Part shown: positions 13,020 to 18,865 of the stretch, piece by piece
How positions within the stretch are numbered: position 1 is the first letter of the stretch
How the letters are laid out: every line of letters begins with the position of its first letter
Virus record (IMG/VR): IMGVR_UViG_3300045988_011708
Span: 1 to 18,865 of that record
From: a virus
DNA length: 18,865 nucleotides
Direction: 5' to 3' (one strand)
Translations under genes and position numbers: made by a program
Notes under the pieces: generated by a model
Told to the model about the DNA's origin: nothing
Seen by the model: the letters and a program-made list of their open reading frames with translations, nothing else
Databases searched by the model: none

Positions 13020-14463
13020 TAACCAATGTACCGCAATCATCCATGACTTGCATGCCATGCCGAAACTTTTCGTAAGGGATGGGCTGCGTAAATAGGCTTC
13101 CGGCCATACAGATATCAACGTCCCCGTCATCCTTCCACCCTTGATATCTGTTCATTCCGAGTATGGTCAGTTTTTCGTACTTGGCTGCAATCTTCCACTT
13201 GCCTAGCCCGGTAGGGTGGATTTCGCATGACTTCACCGGCTCCCAGCCGGATAGGATGCACCCGTCCGTATTGGCATACAAAAGCCGGTCGGCGTTCTCG
13301 TGACAGACGGTCATAAGCTTTCGCCTCGCGTAGGCGTTGACCCATACGGGCACGGGAAGAAAATCGGTTTTCAGATTCGATTCCTCTCTCTGTGCGATAT
13401 CCCAATCGAGGGTTATACCGTCTTTTGACATGGGGATCATGACGGCACCTTTGGGCAGACTCGCCATTTTTCCCACTAAAGCATTCATGACCAATTTCGC
13501 CATTTGCCTTTTCTCGCCCGTCGCTTTCTGTTTCAGTTCGCCCCATTCATCGATGAATGACCTGAAGAATCCTTTGGAGCGGCGGAATTTCCAGCCGCGA
13601 ACGTGCTTGTAGACGCTCACTTCATAATTCTCGTATAGCAACTGTTGGTCTATGTCGGTCAGTACTCGCGTGATATAGCCTCGGGTTGAGGTGAGTCGAT
13701 TCAGCCCATAGACACTGCGATTGTCGAGCAAAAAGGGGTAGCCGTTTGGTTTGAGTTCCGCGCGGAACGTGAGTTCGTCGCAGTGCAACGGCATGTCGCT
13801 ATCTTCTTCGTATTTGCCTTCATACTGTTCGGGTTCGCCCCACGGCAACCATTCGTCCCGTAGGATGCTCGGATACATGCTATTGCAGTCAACGTCGATA
13901 GCTTTATCGAACATGCCTTCTCTGGCGATCATGAATCCGCCTATGTAGGCGTCATGCAGTGATTTTTTCGTGTCCGATTTTAGTTGTGGGAATTTGTCGT
14001 AATACCACTTCCACTCGCCGGACGCGAACGCTTCCATGCTCGCACCGCCCGCAGTAATCTTACACAAGCCGCGCAGGTCATACTCTCTAAGTATTGAGAG
14101 CAGTTGCGTGTCAGTCATGGTGAGCCTGCAATTCTCACGTAAAAGATTGGAAATATCGAAAAACCGTGCCGAGTTCTCACGGTCAATCCGTACGGTGAAG
14201 CTGAAAAATTTACCCTTTTTCGACACTATTGCATCCCAGCTCAAGTTAGCATTATGCTCATTGTGGGGTAATGCGTGTACGACGTGCGCGATAAAGGGGT
14301 CAAGCATTTCGGGGTCAGTCACGTAGACGGTGAGTTTTCCGCCCGACATGATGGACGCCAATAGGCGGTTAGGTGCGGTGATATCACGAAGGATGGTAGC
14401 GTCGGTAAAGCGTATGACGTTATCCGCACACCATAATCCAACCCTCTTATCCTGCACTGTCAT
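13012..14463 (-). CDS. Protein-primed family-B DNA polymerase (phi29 gp2-like), short and divergent
   Basis: YxGG motif AYIGGF. Motif A DVDCNSMYPS (Dx2SLYP). Motif B KLVMNALVGK (Kx3NSxYG-like). Motif C YANTDG (YxDTDS-like). LGKW and MAGS match phi29 LGYW and CAGM. The motif A to motif B spacing of about 133 aa equals that of phi29, consistent with a TPR1 insertion. Confidence 0.88.
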   Translation of the reverse strand: MTVQDKRVGLWCADNVIRFTDATILRDITAPNRLLASIMSGGKLTVYVTDPEMLDPFIAHVVHALPHNEHNANLSWDAIVSKKGKFFSFTVRIDRENSARFFDISNLLRENCRLTMTDTQLLSILREYDLRGLCKITAGGASMEAFASGEWKWYYDKFPQLKSDTKKSLHDAYIGGFMIAREGMFDKAIDVDCNSMYPSILRDEWLPWGEPEQYEGKYEEDSDMPLHCDELTFRAELKPNGYPFLLDNRSVYGLNRLTSTRGYITRVLTDIDQQLLYENYEVSVYKHVRGWKFRRSKGFFRSFIDEWGELKQKATGEKRQMAKLVMNALVGKMASLPKGAVMIPMSKDGITLDWDIAQREESNLKTDFLPVPVWVNAYARRKLMTVCHENADRLLYANTDGCILSGWEPVKSCEIHPTGLGKWKIAAKYEKLTILGMNRYQGWKDDGDVDICMAGSLFTQPIPYEKFRHGMQVMDDCGTLVML

Positions 14464-14490
14464 AGTATAACTTCCCTTGATTGACTACCG

Positions 14491-15456
14491 CTACTTTTCC
14501 ATTGCTCCAGCTTCCGCAATCCACCGGTCAAACTGCCTGCGCGAACGCTGATACCCCTCGCTATTATCGCGGAACACTGAAGTGAAACCGTGGCGGACGG
14601 GATCATATACGGTCCAGTCGAACACGATACGTGGCGCGTCCGTCTGTTCGATGAACGCTCGTTTTTGCGCTGCCGATAGTCGACGGAACCGTTTCAATCG
14701 TTTCGAGCCGAGCGTGGTAGCCAAGATCTTCTCGAACACTTCATAGTGTCCGCGTGACATGTAAGACGGCCAATTATGATCATCATACAAGTCGGGGCGA
14801 GTATCCGTCTTCCGTTTTTTGGAGGTTTTAAGTTTCTGCTCGGTACGCAAGCCCAATATTTCGGCCACGTCATGCATCTGCTCGCGCAATTCATTCCGGT
14901 GTCCGCTCTCCAATTGAGAGCGTATGAATGCTTCATCACCCAGCACGTTCGTCATTTGCAGGAAGTCCGTGAGTTTCGACGGGATGATCTGGGTGCGTCC
15001 GAAACCTTCGCCGGTGGTGCCGTCGAGTTCCGCCATGCGCTGATCGTACACGCTGCGTTGCGGCTTGGCCTGCTCCTTGTTCCATTCGTTGATCTTCCGG
15101 CGTGCCGCATTGATTTTCCGTTGCTGTTGCCTGAGCAGTTTACGTCGTTTCGCCGCTGGCTCGGCTTCTATCTGTGCGTCAGTGATAGGCGTGCGCTGGG
15201 CGAACATGTAGTCTTTTTTCGTCGGCTTTTCCACGGCACTGGCATGGTAGGGGGTTGCTTTCGCTTCCGCTATGGCCTGTTTCTTCTGCCGCGCCCACTC
15301 TTTACCCAAGGTTTTCGCGATATTGACTAATTGTTGGTCTGCGGTTTTGGCGAGATTCGAGTGAGAGTAACTGCCGAGCTGTTTGATATTGCGGGCGGCA
15401 CGGGCTTGTGCGGCCTGACGCGCCTTGACATGTTTCTGTTTGCGACTGCGGGACAT
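14491..15456 (-). CDS. Putative terminal protein (TP, phi29 gp3 analogue)
   Basis: 321-aa, strongly basic protein immediately upstream of the polymerase, as in phi29, in a genome with ITRs. Start chosen at the ATG at 15456 (GGGGG RBS 9 nt upstream) instead of the TTG at 15507 in the ORF track. No sequence homology was recognised. Confidence 0.6.
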   Translation of the reverse strand: MSRSRKQKHVKARQAAQARAARNIKQLGSYSHSNLAKTADQQLVNIAKTLGKEWARQKKQAIAEAKATPYHASAVEKPTKKDYMFAQRTPITDAQIEAEPAAKRRKLLRQQQRKINAARRKINEWNKEQAKPQRSVYDQRMAELDGTTGEGFGRTQIIPSKLTDFLQMTNVLGDEAFIRSQLESGHRNELREQMHDVAEILGLRTEQKLKTSKKRKTDTRPDLYDDHNWPSYMSRGHYEVFEKILATTLGSKRLKRFRRLSAAQKRAFIEQTDAPRIVFDWTVYDPVRHGFTSVFRDNSEGYQRSRRQFDRWIAEAGAMEK

Positions 15457-15480
15457 AGTGCGCACCCCCTGTAAGATGGC

Positions 15481-15505
15481 GAGAGCACCCAAATTGGGTG
15501 CTCTC
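15481..15505 (-). promoter_or_regulatory. Perfect 10-bp stem-loop in the SSB-TP intergenic region
   Basis: GAGAGCACCC aaatt GGGTGCTCTC. No U-run follows on either strand, so it is not a classical terminator. It lies 16..20 nt downstream of a TATAAT (15528..15533, - strand). It could be an mRNA 5' stabiliser or a processing site. Confidence 0.45.
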
Positions 15506-15539
15506 AACGAACGAACGCTACTTAACGATTATAGCGAGT

Positions 15540-15977
15540 TCACTTGGCTTCCACGCCTTCCACCGGCTCAATGCTGAAAAACTTGAATCCGCGACGGGAA
15601 CGACGTTCCACCACCTTGATTGCCAATGGTGCTTCCCAAGAGTTCGGGGTTCCGAAGATCCCGAACATGGTGTTTAATCCTGCCGCCAACGTTGGGGAGG
15701 TGGCCGCATACGCCTTATTGTCATCGGTTACGATGATGACGCGCACGGTGTTGGAGATTTCTCCCGTCTGATCGTCCGTCACCTGTACAGCCTGTGCGAC
15801 GGCATTCACCATGTTTAAGGTTTCGTTAAGGTGTTCGTCGAGCTTTTCGGCGTTCTGCAATGCCGAGTAGAGCTTGATTTTGCCCTCACGGGTGGAGGTG
15901 TCGATGAAGTGCTGGACTGTGCCCAGTTCGGTGGATTCGGTGTTGAATGCTACGAGTGCGGTGTTGGTGTTTTCCAT
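15540..15977 (-). CDS. Putative single-stranded DNA-binding protein (phi29 gp5 position)
   Basis: 145 aa. Sits between the p6-position gene and the TP gene, as gp5 does. RBS AAGGGAAGG. The call is positional only. Confidence 0.4.
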   Translation of the reverse strand: MENTNTALVAFNTESTELGTVQHFIDTSTREGKIKLYSALQNAEKLDEHLNETLNMVNAVAQAVQVTDDQTGEISNTVRVIIVTDDNKAYAATSPTLAAGLNTMFGIFGTPNSWEAPLAIKVVERRSRRGFKFFSIEPVEGVEAK

Positions 15978-16035
15978 GATATTTACCTTCCCTTATGGTC
16001 ATTATTTTTTGTTTTCAGGCTTATGCCTAAAATCT

Positions 16036-16044
16036 TTTATATCA
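16036..16044 (-). promoter_or_regulatory. Extended -10-like element TGATATAAA upstream of the SSB gene
   Basis: On the - strand, CATGTGATATAAA overlaps the TGA stop of the 105-aa gene. It shares the 12-mer CATGTGATATAA with 2628..2639. Confidence 0.4.
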
Positions 16045-16359
16045 CATGCCGTCATTATTTTCAATGTCGGCGTGTCGTTTATTTGTATGCTCTTCTGGGT
16101 TCCATTCCTGCGGTTCCTCAAAAGTCGCATACTTGTAAAAAGTCTCCTCATTCATGGAAACCTTTTGCGAAAAAATATTGATAGAGCGTGGGATGAAATT
16201 AGGGAACAGTTTTTTTGCACGAACCGAATACGCACGGGCGTCCTTCAAACGCCCATCGATAACATGCTCTGCTTCCATAAAATCACCGTCAACCAATTCC
16301 ATACCCTTGAGCACTGCATACACTCGGGTTCGGAAAATATCGGTTTTGGTTTTAGCCAA
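16042..16359 (-). CDS. Hypothetical early protein, possible p6-like dsDNA-binding protein (105 aa)
   Basis: TTG start 5 nt after a GGGAGG RBS. Size (105 versus 104 aa), position upstream of the SSB, an N-terminal MAK, and the C-terminal segment SMNEETFYKYATF (remembered p6: EMPVEEF.KHAS) suggest phi29 p6. The similarity is weak and recalled from memory. Confidence 0.35.
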   Translation of the reverse strand: MAKTKTDIFRTRVYAVLKGMELVDGDFMEAEHVIDGRLKDARAYSVRAKKLFPNFIPRSINIFSQKVSMNEETFYKYATFEEPQEWNPEEHTNKRHADIENNDGM

Positions 16360-16361
16360 TT

Positions 16362-16880
16362 TTACCTCCCTTGCAGTAAGATTTTTTCTAATTCATTGTC
16401 ATTATAACGTGTAGTGTCGAGTCTGTCAAAATTTTTAAACACGGCAATAATCAGGTTTCGCGCCTGTGGAGTATCGAAAATCGTACAACAGTCATACGAC
16501 GTAACACCCTTGACCGCGCACACCGCGCACCATGCAATAAGATTAGGCGGATTCACAGTGCCGTCCAAATATTCCACATCATATGTTCGGGACAATGCGG
16601 CGGCGGGTCCATCACCAATACACATGCTTCCGCAAATCTGAGACACCGTAATGACGGCTTGCGTAAACCACTCGCTAGGCGCTTCCCGCCACAGTTCGCA
16701 CAGCATGTTCACCGCACGGCAACACGTTTCAAAATCGCCATAGCCCATGTCATACCGTTTCAAATTCAATTCACGGGTATGCCCTCGCGTGGCCTTGACA
16801 ATACGTGGCGACTCCATAATCGCATCATCAAATTCCCTCATGCGATAGATCGGTGTCCGGTCATTACCGCGATTAAACAT
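16362..16880 (-). CDS. Hypothetical Cys-rich early protein (172 aa)
   Basis: Long ORF with RBS GAGAGG. Its start overlaps the stop of the upstream gene (ATGTTTAA). No family recognised. Confidence 0.7.
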   Translation of the reverse strand: MFNRGNDRTPIYRMREFDDAIMESPRIVKATRGHTRELNLKRYDMGYGDFETCCRAVNMLCELWREAPSEWFTQAVITVSQICGSMCIGDGPAAALSRTYDVEYLDGTVNPPNLIAWCAVCAVKGVTSYDCCTIFDTPQARNLIIAVFKNFDRLDTTRYNDNELEKILLQGR

Positions 16881-17049
16881 AATAGCGCCTCTCTATTTTA
16901 AAATATGCGACATTTCTCGTATGTGAAGGCACTGCCGCCCACTTGCGCACCAACTCGGCAGCTTTATCGTAAGAGGTGGCGTAGCCTACTTCAATAGGTG
17001 GTTTATCACCATGCCTCAGATACGCCAGTGCGACAAAAGTTTCATACAT
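16873..17049 (-). CDS. Hypothetical early protein (58 aa)
   Basis: Start moved to the ATG at 17049 (GGAG 8 nt upstream, 2 nt after the stop of the previous gene). The ORF-track start at 17091 would overlap the upstream gene by 40 nt. Confidence 0.55.
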   Translation of the reverse strand: MYETFVALAYLRHGDKPPIEVGYATSYDKAAELVRKWAAVPSHTRNVAYFKIERRYYV

Positions 17050-17051
17050 GA

Positions 17052-17240
17052 TTAAAACTCCAATTCCTCGGACTCGTTGCCAAGACTCCACATGTCATGC
17101 CATAACTTCGAGTCAGGACACCGTTTCGGCATACCCGACTTACATTTCATGCCCGCCCAAAACGCACGAAGACGCCAATACGAGTCAGCATAAGCACAAT
17201 CACCGCACGTCCACGAATGCACCCAACCACGAACATACAC
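17052..17240 (-). CDS. Hypothetical Trp/Cys-rich early protein (62 aa), possible zinc-binding
   Basis: GTG start 2 nt after the upstream TAG, with AGGGA 7 nt upstream. Contains CGDC and CKSGMPKRC cysteine pairs. Confidence 0.45.
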   Translation of the reverse strand: MYVRGWVHSWTCGDCAYADSYWRLRAFWAGMKCKSGMPKRCPDSKLWHDMWSLGNESEELEF

Positions 17241-17242
17241 GA

Positions 17243-17491
17243 CTAATCCCTATCCAGCAATGGAGTGTTAGCAATGTCAATAGCATCAAGCATAAGGTCA
17301 ACCACTTGAGACCCGTCCCCAGCATCATACGCGCACAAAGCAGACGCATTACACACCCCACCACTCGGCGTGTGAAGCTGGACAGCATACCGCAATTCAT
17401 AACGATGGCTGTGAGGACAATACCACAAACGTACACCACCGCCCACAAACGGAGACGCAAACACGGCAACATTCATATCATTCATACACAT
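17243..17491 (-). CDS. Hypothetical early protein (82 aa)
   Basis: Start moved to the ATG at 17491 (GGAAGG 8 nt upstream, 1 nt after the stop of the small membrane ORF). The ORF-track start at 17533 lies inside that ORF. Confidence 0.5.
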   Translation of the reverse strand: MCMNDMNVAVFASPFVGGGVRLWYCPHSHRYELRYAVQLHTPSGGVCNASALCAYDAGDGSQVVDLMLDAIDIANTPLLDRD

Positions 17492-17492
17492 T

Positions 17493-17663
17493 TCAGAAAC
17501 CTTCCACAACAAAAACCAACACAACAGCCACACTCACAACAAGCATGACCGAAAAACACATTACGTCACGCATATCACGCTGCGCTTCACGAAACGCTTC
17601 AGCACTCACAACAATCATGAGAATCGCAAACAGAACGACAACAATACTCATACAGATCATCAT
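17493..17663 (-). CDS. Small two-transmembrane-segment protein (56 aa), below the ORF-track cutoff
   Basis: Hand translation gives MMICMSIVVVLFAILMIVVSAEAFREAQRDMRDVMCFSVMLVVSVAVVLVFVVEGF. This is two hydrophobic helices joined by a charged loop. It fills an otherwise empty gap between neighbouring genes. Confidence 0.5.
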   Translation of the reverse strand: MMICMSIVVVLFAILMIVVSAEAFREAQRDMRDVMCFSVMLVVSVAVVLVFVVEGF

Positions 17664-17669
17664 AACACC

Positions 17670-17927
17670 TTAGAACACATGAAAATCCCTATAAAAATAC
17701 CTAAAATCAAAATTACGGCAGTACTCAAAACCACTATCCAAATCAACAAAATCCATGATAGGGTCATACTTACCGCAGAGTCCGCAATACAAGTAGAATT
17801 GGTAATCAACCCCACTCGGACCGCTAAAATCACACGGCACTTCACACCAACGAAACCGCTGATATATGCCAAGATACTCGTCAAGGACATTAAAATAATG
17901 CCATTTCACAATATGACCTCCAATCAT
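17670..17927 (-). CDS. Hypothetical Cys-rich early protein (85 aa)
   Basis: ATGA overlap with the stop of the upstream gene (17924..17927) suggests translational coupling. Contains CEVPC and CGLC motifs. Confidence 0.5.
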   Translation of the reverse strand: MIGGHIVKWHYFNVLDEYLGIYQRFRWCEVPCDFSGPSGVDYQFYLYCGLCGKYDPIMDFVDLDSGFEYCRNFDFRYFYRDFHVF

Positions 17928-18154
17928 ACCAACACCACCTTAGCCATTCCAACCATAGTGCTATCCACATCAAACGTGGCATAGTCAATATCCACTTTTA
18001 CTTCCATACCAACATAGGCTTTTCGAACGTGAGACAGTACGCCGTCCAATGACTCTTTCAACGACGTTGTGCGGAACACGCCGCTAGGCTTCACGCAATC
18101 AGGTAGGAGTTCAAACACCTGAAACCCATCATTGGTTATAATAAAATACCACAT
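17924..18154 (-). CDS. Hypothetical early protein (76 aa)
   Basis: AAAGGAG RBS 8 nt upstream of the ATG at 18154. Confidence 0.65.
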   Translation of the reverse strand: MWYFIITNDGFQVFELLPDCVKPSGVFRTTSLKESLDGVLSHVRKAYVGMEVKVDIDYATFDVDSTMVGMAKVVLV

Positions 18155-18318
18155 GTCAATGCTCCTTTTTCAACACGCTTGGCGAGAAGAAATGTAACAG
18201 GGGGAGTATCTTTCACAGGCTTAATATGAGAAAGCGCGACACCATACTTACCGCATAGCTCCCTACGAATGTAAGACTTCGCTCCCCTAAGAGTTCTATT
18301 CTTCCCAATATCTAGCAT
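18136..18318 (-). CDS. Hypothetical basic early protein (60 aa as annotated; an in-frame TAG upstream allows an 85-aa product if read through)
   Basis: No RBS precedes the ATG at 18318. A strong RBS, AAGGGAGG, plus an ATG at 18393 opens the same frame but meets a TAG after 8 codons (18367..18369). Confidence 0.45.
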   Translation of the reverse strand: MLDIGKNRTLRGAKSYIRRELCGKYGVALSHIKPVKDTPPVTFLLAKRVEKGALTCGILL

Positions 18319-18425
18319 ATAAAAATCATCAATATCAGTAAAGAAAACTGTAACATTATTACGTGCCTAGTTGATAACAATTATAGTGTTCATTTTGTTT
18401 ACCTCCCTTGTGGTTGATATTTTTT

Positions 18426-18474
18426 ATTATAGCATAAACAAAACTACGACACGCCGTAAAAACAAACGACATAC
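18426..18474 (-). promoter_or_regulatory. Internal third copy of the ITR promoter region, with extended -10 TGCTATAAT (18426..18434)
   Basis: Roughly 40 of 49 positions match ITR bases about 12..60 by eye. The match includes an identical CGTGTCGT block and GTTTGTTTT. It is followed by AAGGGAGG and an ATG. Confidence 0.6.
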
Positions 18475-18504
18475 AAAACCCCTAGGCAATAAACCTAGGG
18501 GGTT
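18475..18504 (-). terminator. Intrinsic terminator after the right-terminal gene
   Basis: On the - strand: CCCCUAGG uuuauug CCUAGGGG followed by UUUUG. It has the same CCCCTAGG/CCTAGGGG stem core as the left-end terminator. Confidence 0.8.
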
Positions 18505-18516
18505 ATATTATATATA

Positions 18517-18771
18517 TCAGTCACCGTCATTAACTGAGACAACATACTTACGATATCGACGGCCATCAATGCGGCATTTCTTCACAAGCTCAAGCTCATA
18601 ATCATCACCCAACATAAGCTCTACACAAGAAGACAACGCCGACTCAAACGAAAAAACGCTATCATCAATATCTCCACAATCTGTGACGGTAGCAGAGATT
18701 ACCCCATCGATACAAACCTCAAACGAGTTGTCTTCTGCAATCTCGCCAACAATAGCATTAAACGTAATCAT
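18517..18771 (-). CDS. Hypothetical acidic early protein (84 aa), right-terminal gene
   Basis: The ATG is 95 nt from the right end, inside the ITR, and uses the ITR-encoded RBS. The gene is followed by a terminator. Confidence 0.6.
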   Translation of the reverse strand: MITFNAIVGEIAEDNSFEVCIDGVISATVTDCGDIDDSVFSFESALSSCVELMLGDDYELELVKKCRIDGRRYRKYVVSVNDGD

Positions 18772-18865
18772 TTTATTTTTCCTTTCCCTTGAAGCGGATA
18801 ACTACACTATAACACAAACAAAAACACGACACGCCCCGAAAACAAACAACACGCCCAAAATAAAA
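18767..18865. repeat. Right inverted terminal repeat (99 bp)
   Basis: Exact reverse complement of 1..99. Confidence 0.97.
18806..18814 (-). promoter_or_regulatory. Extended -10 element TGTTATAGT inside the right ITR
   Basis: Mirror copy of 52..60. Confidence 0.5.

Noticed and set aside
15457-15507. N-terminal extension of the terminal protein from a TTG start (ORF-track start)
   Set aside because: The extension overlaps the perfect 10-bp stem-loop at 15481..15505 and has no RBS. The internal ATG at 15456 has a GGGGG RBS at proper spacing.
17048-17548. 166-aa + strand ORF (T/H/P/Q-rich) in the early region
   Set aside because: It is antisense to a tightly packed, RBS-supported set of - strand genes. 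It has low-complexity composition caused by the A/C-rich plus strand, and no RBS.
17660-17890. 76-aa hydrophobic ORF overlapping the 85-aa ORF (17670..17927) in another frame
   Set aside because: There is no RBS before its ATG, and it lies entirely within the alternative ORF, which is ATGA-coupled to the upstream gene. Its stop does form an ATGA overlap with the 56-aa ORF start, so the choice between the two frames is not certain.
18367-18369. Genome-wide TAG reassignment (an alternative genetic code) as the explanation for the in-frame TAG
   Set aside because: TAG is the natural stop of at least four well-supported genes: the tail lysin at 2640, the lower collar at 6630, the terminal protein at 14491 and the 82-aa early gene at 17243. 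Their ends fit RBS-plus-start signals or intergenic terminators directly downstream. Global recoding is therefore unlikely; only a local event remains possible.
18506-18520. TGATATATATAATATAA after the right-terminal gene as another extended -10 promoter
   Set aside because: It abuts the terminator hairpin at 18475..18504, so any transcript would start inside or at the stem. It is more likely just the AT-rich spacer between the stop codon and the terminator.
1-18865. Lysogeny module, tRNA genes, CRISPR array, transposase or other mobile elements
   Set aside because: Every ORF was scanned. There are no integrase, recombinase or repressor-like proteins, no cloverleaf-like RNA, and no spaced direct repeats. 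The only repeats are the ITRs, the internal promoter copy and in-gene tandem repeats.

Overview
The window appears to be a complete linear genome of a small phi29-like (Salasmaviridae/Picovirinae-type) podophage that replicates by protein priming. Bases 1..99 are the perfect reverse complement of 18767..18865, and the repeats end exactly at the window edges. Only one gene (95..340) is on the + strand; all others read right to left on the - strand. In transcription order the - strand carries: a cluster of tiny early genes (18771 to 16873); a replication module syntenic with phi29 genes 6-5-3-2 (a possible p6-like protein, putative SSB, terminal protein, family-B DNA polymerase); a 231-nt non-coding gap; then late genes (scaffold, major capsid with Ig-like domains, gp9-like tail knob, gp10-like portal, lower collar, four appendage or fibre proteins, a CHAP plus transglycosylase-like tail lysin, gp16-like packaging ATPase, holin, CHAP-SH3b endolysin). 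There is no integrase, repressor, tRNA or CRISPR, so a virulent phage of a Gram-positive host is likely. The most interesting observation is a roughly 170-nt, densely structured region with its own promoter and terminator, directly downstream of the polymerase gene. Its size and position match the phi29 packaging RNA (pRNA). Other points worth checking: a polymerase whose exonuclease and motif C catalytic residues look non-canonical by eye; ITRs that contain the promoter, RBS and ATG of both terminal genes, plus a third internal copy of that promoter; an in-frame TAG behind a strong RBS; an 11-bp hairpin covering the tail-lysin start codon; a family of shared N-terminal fibre-anchor modules; and an SGNH-esterase tail fibre. 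All structure and homology calls were made by eye from the sequence and from remembered phi29 protein sequences; nothing was computed.
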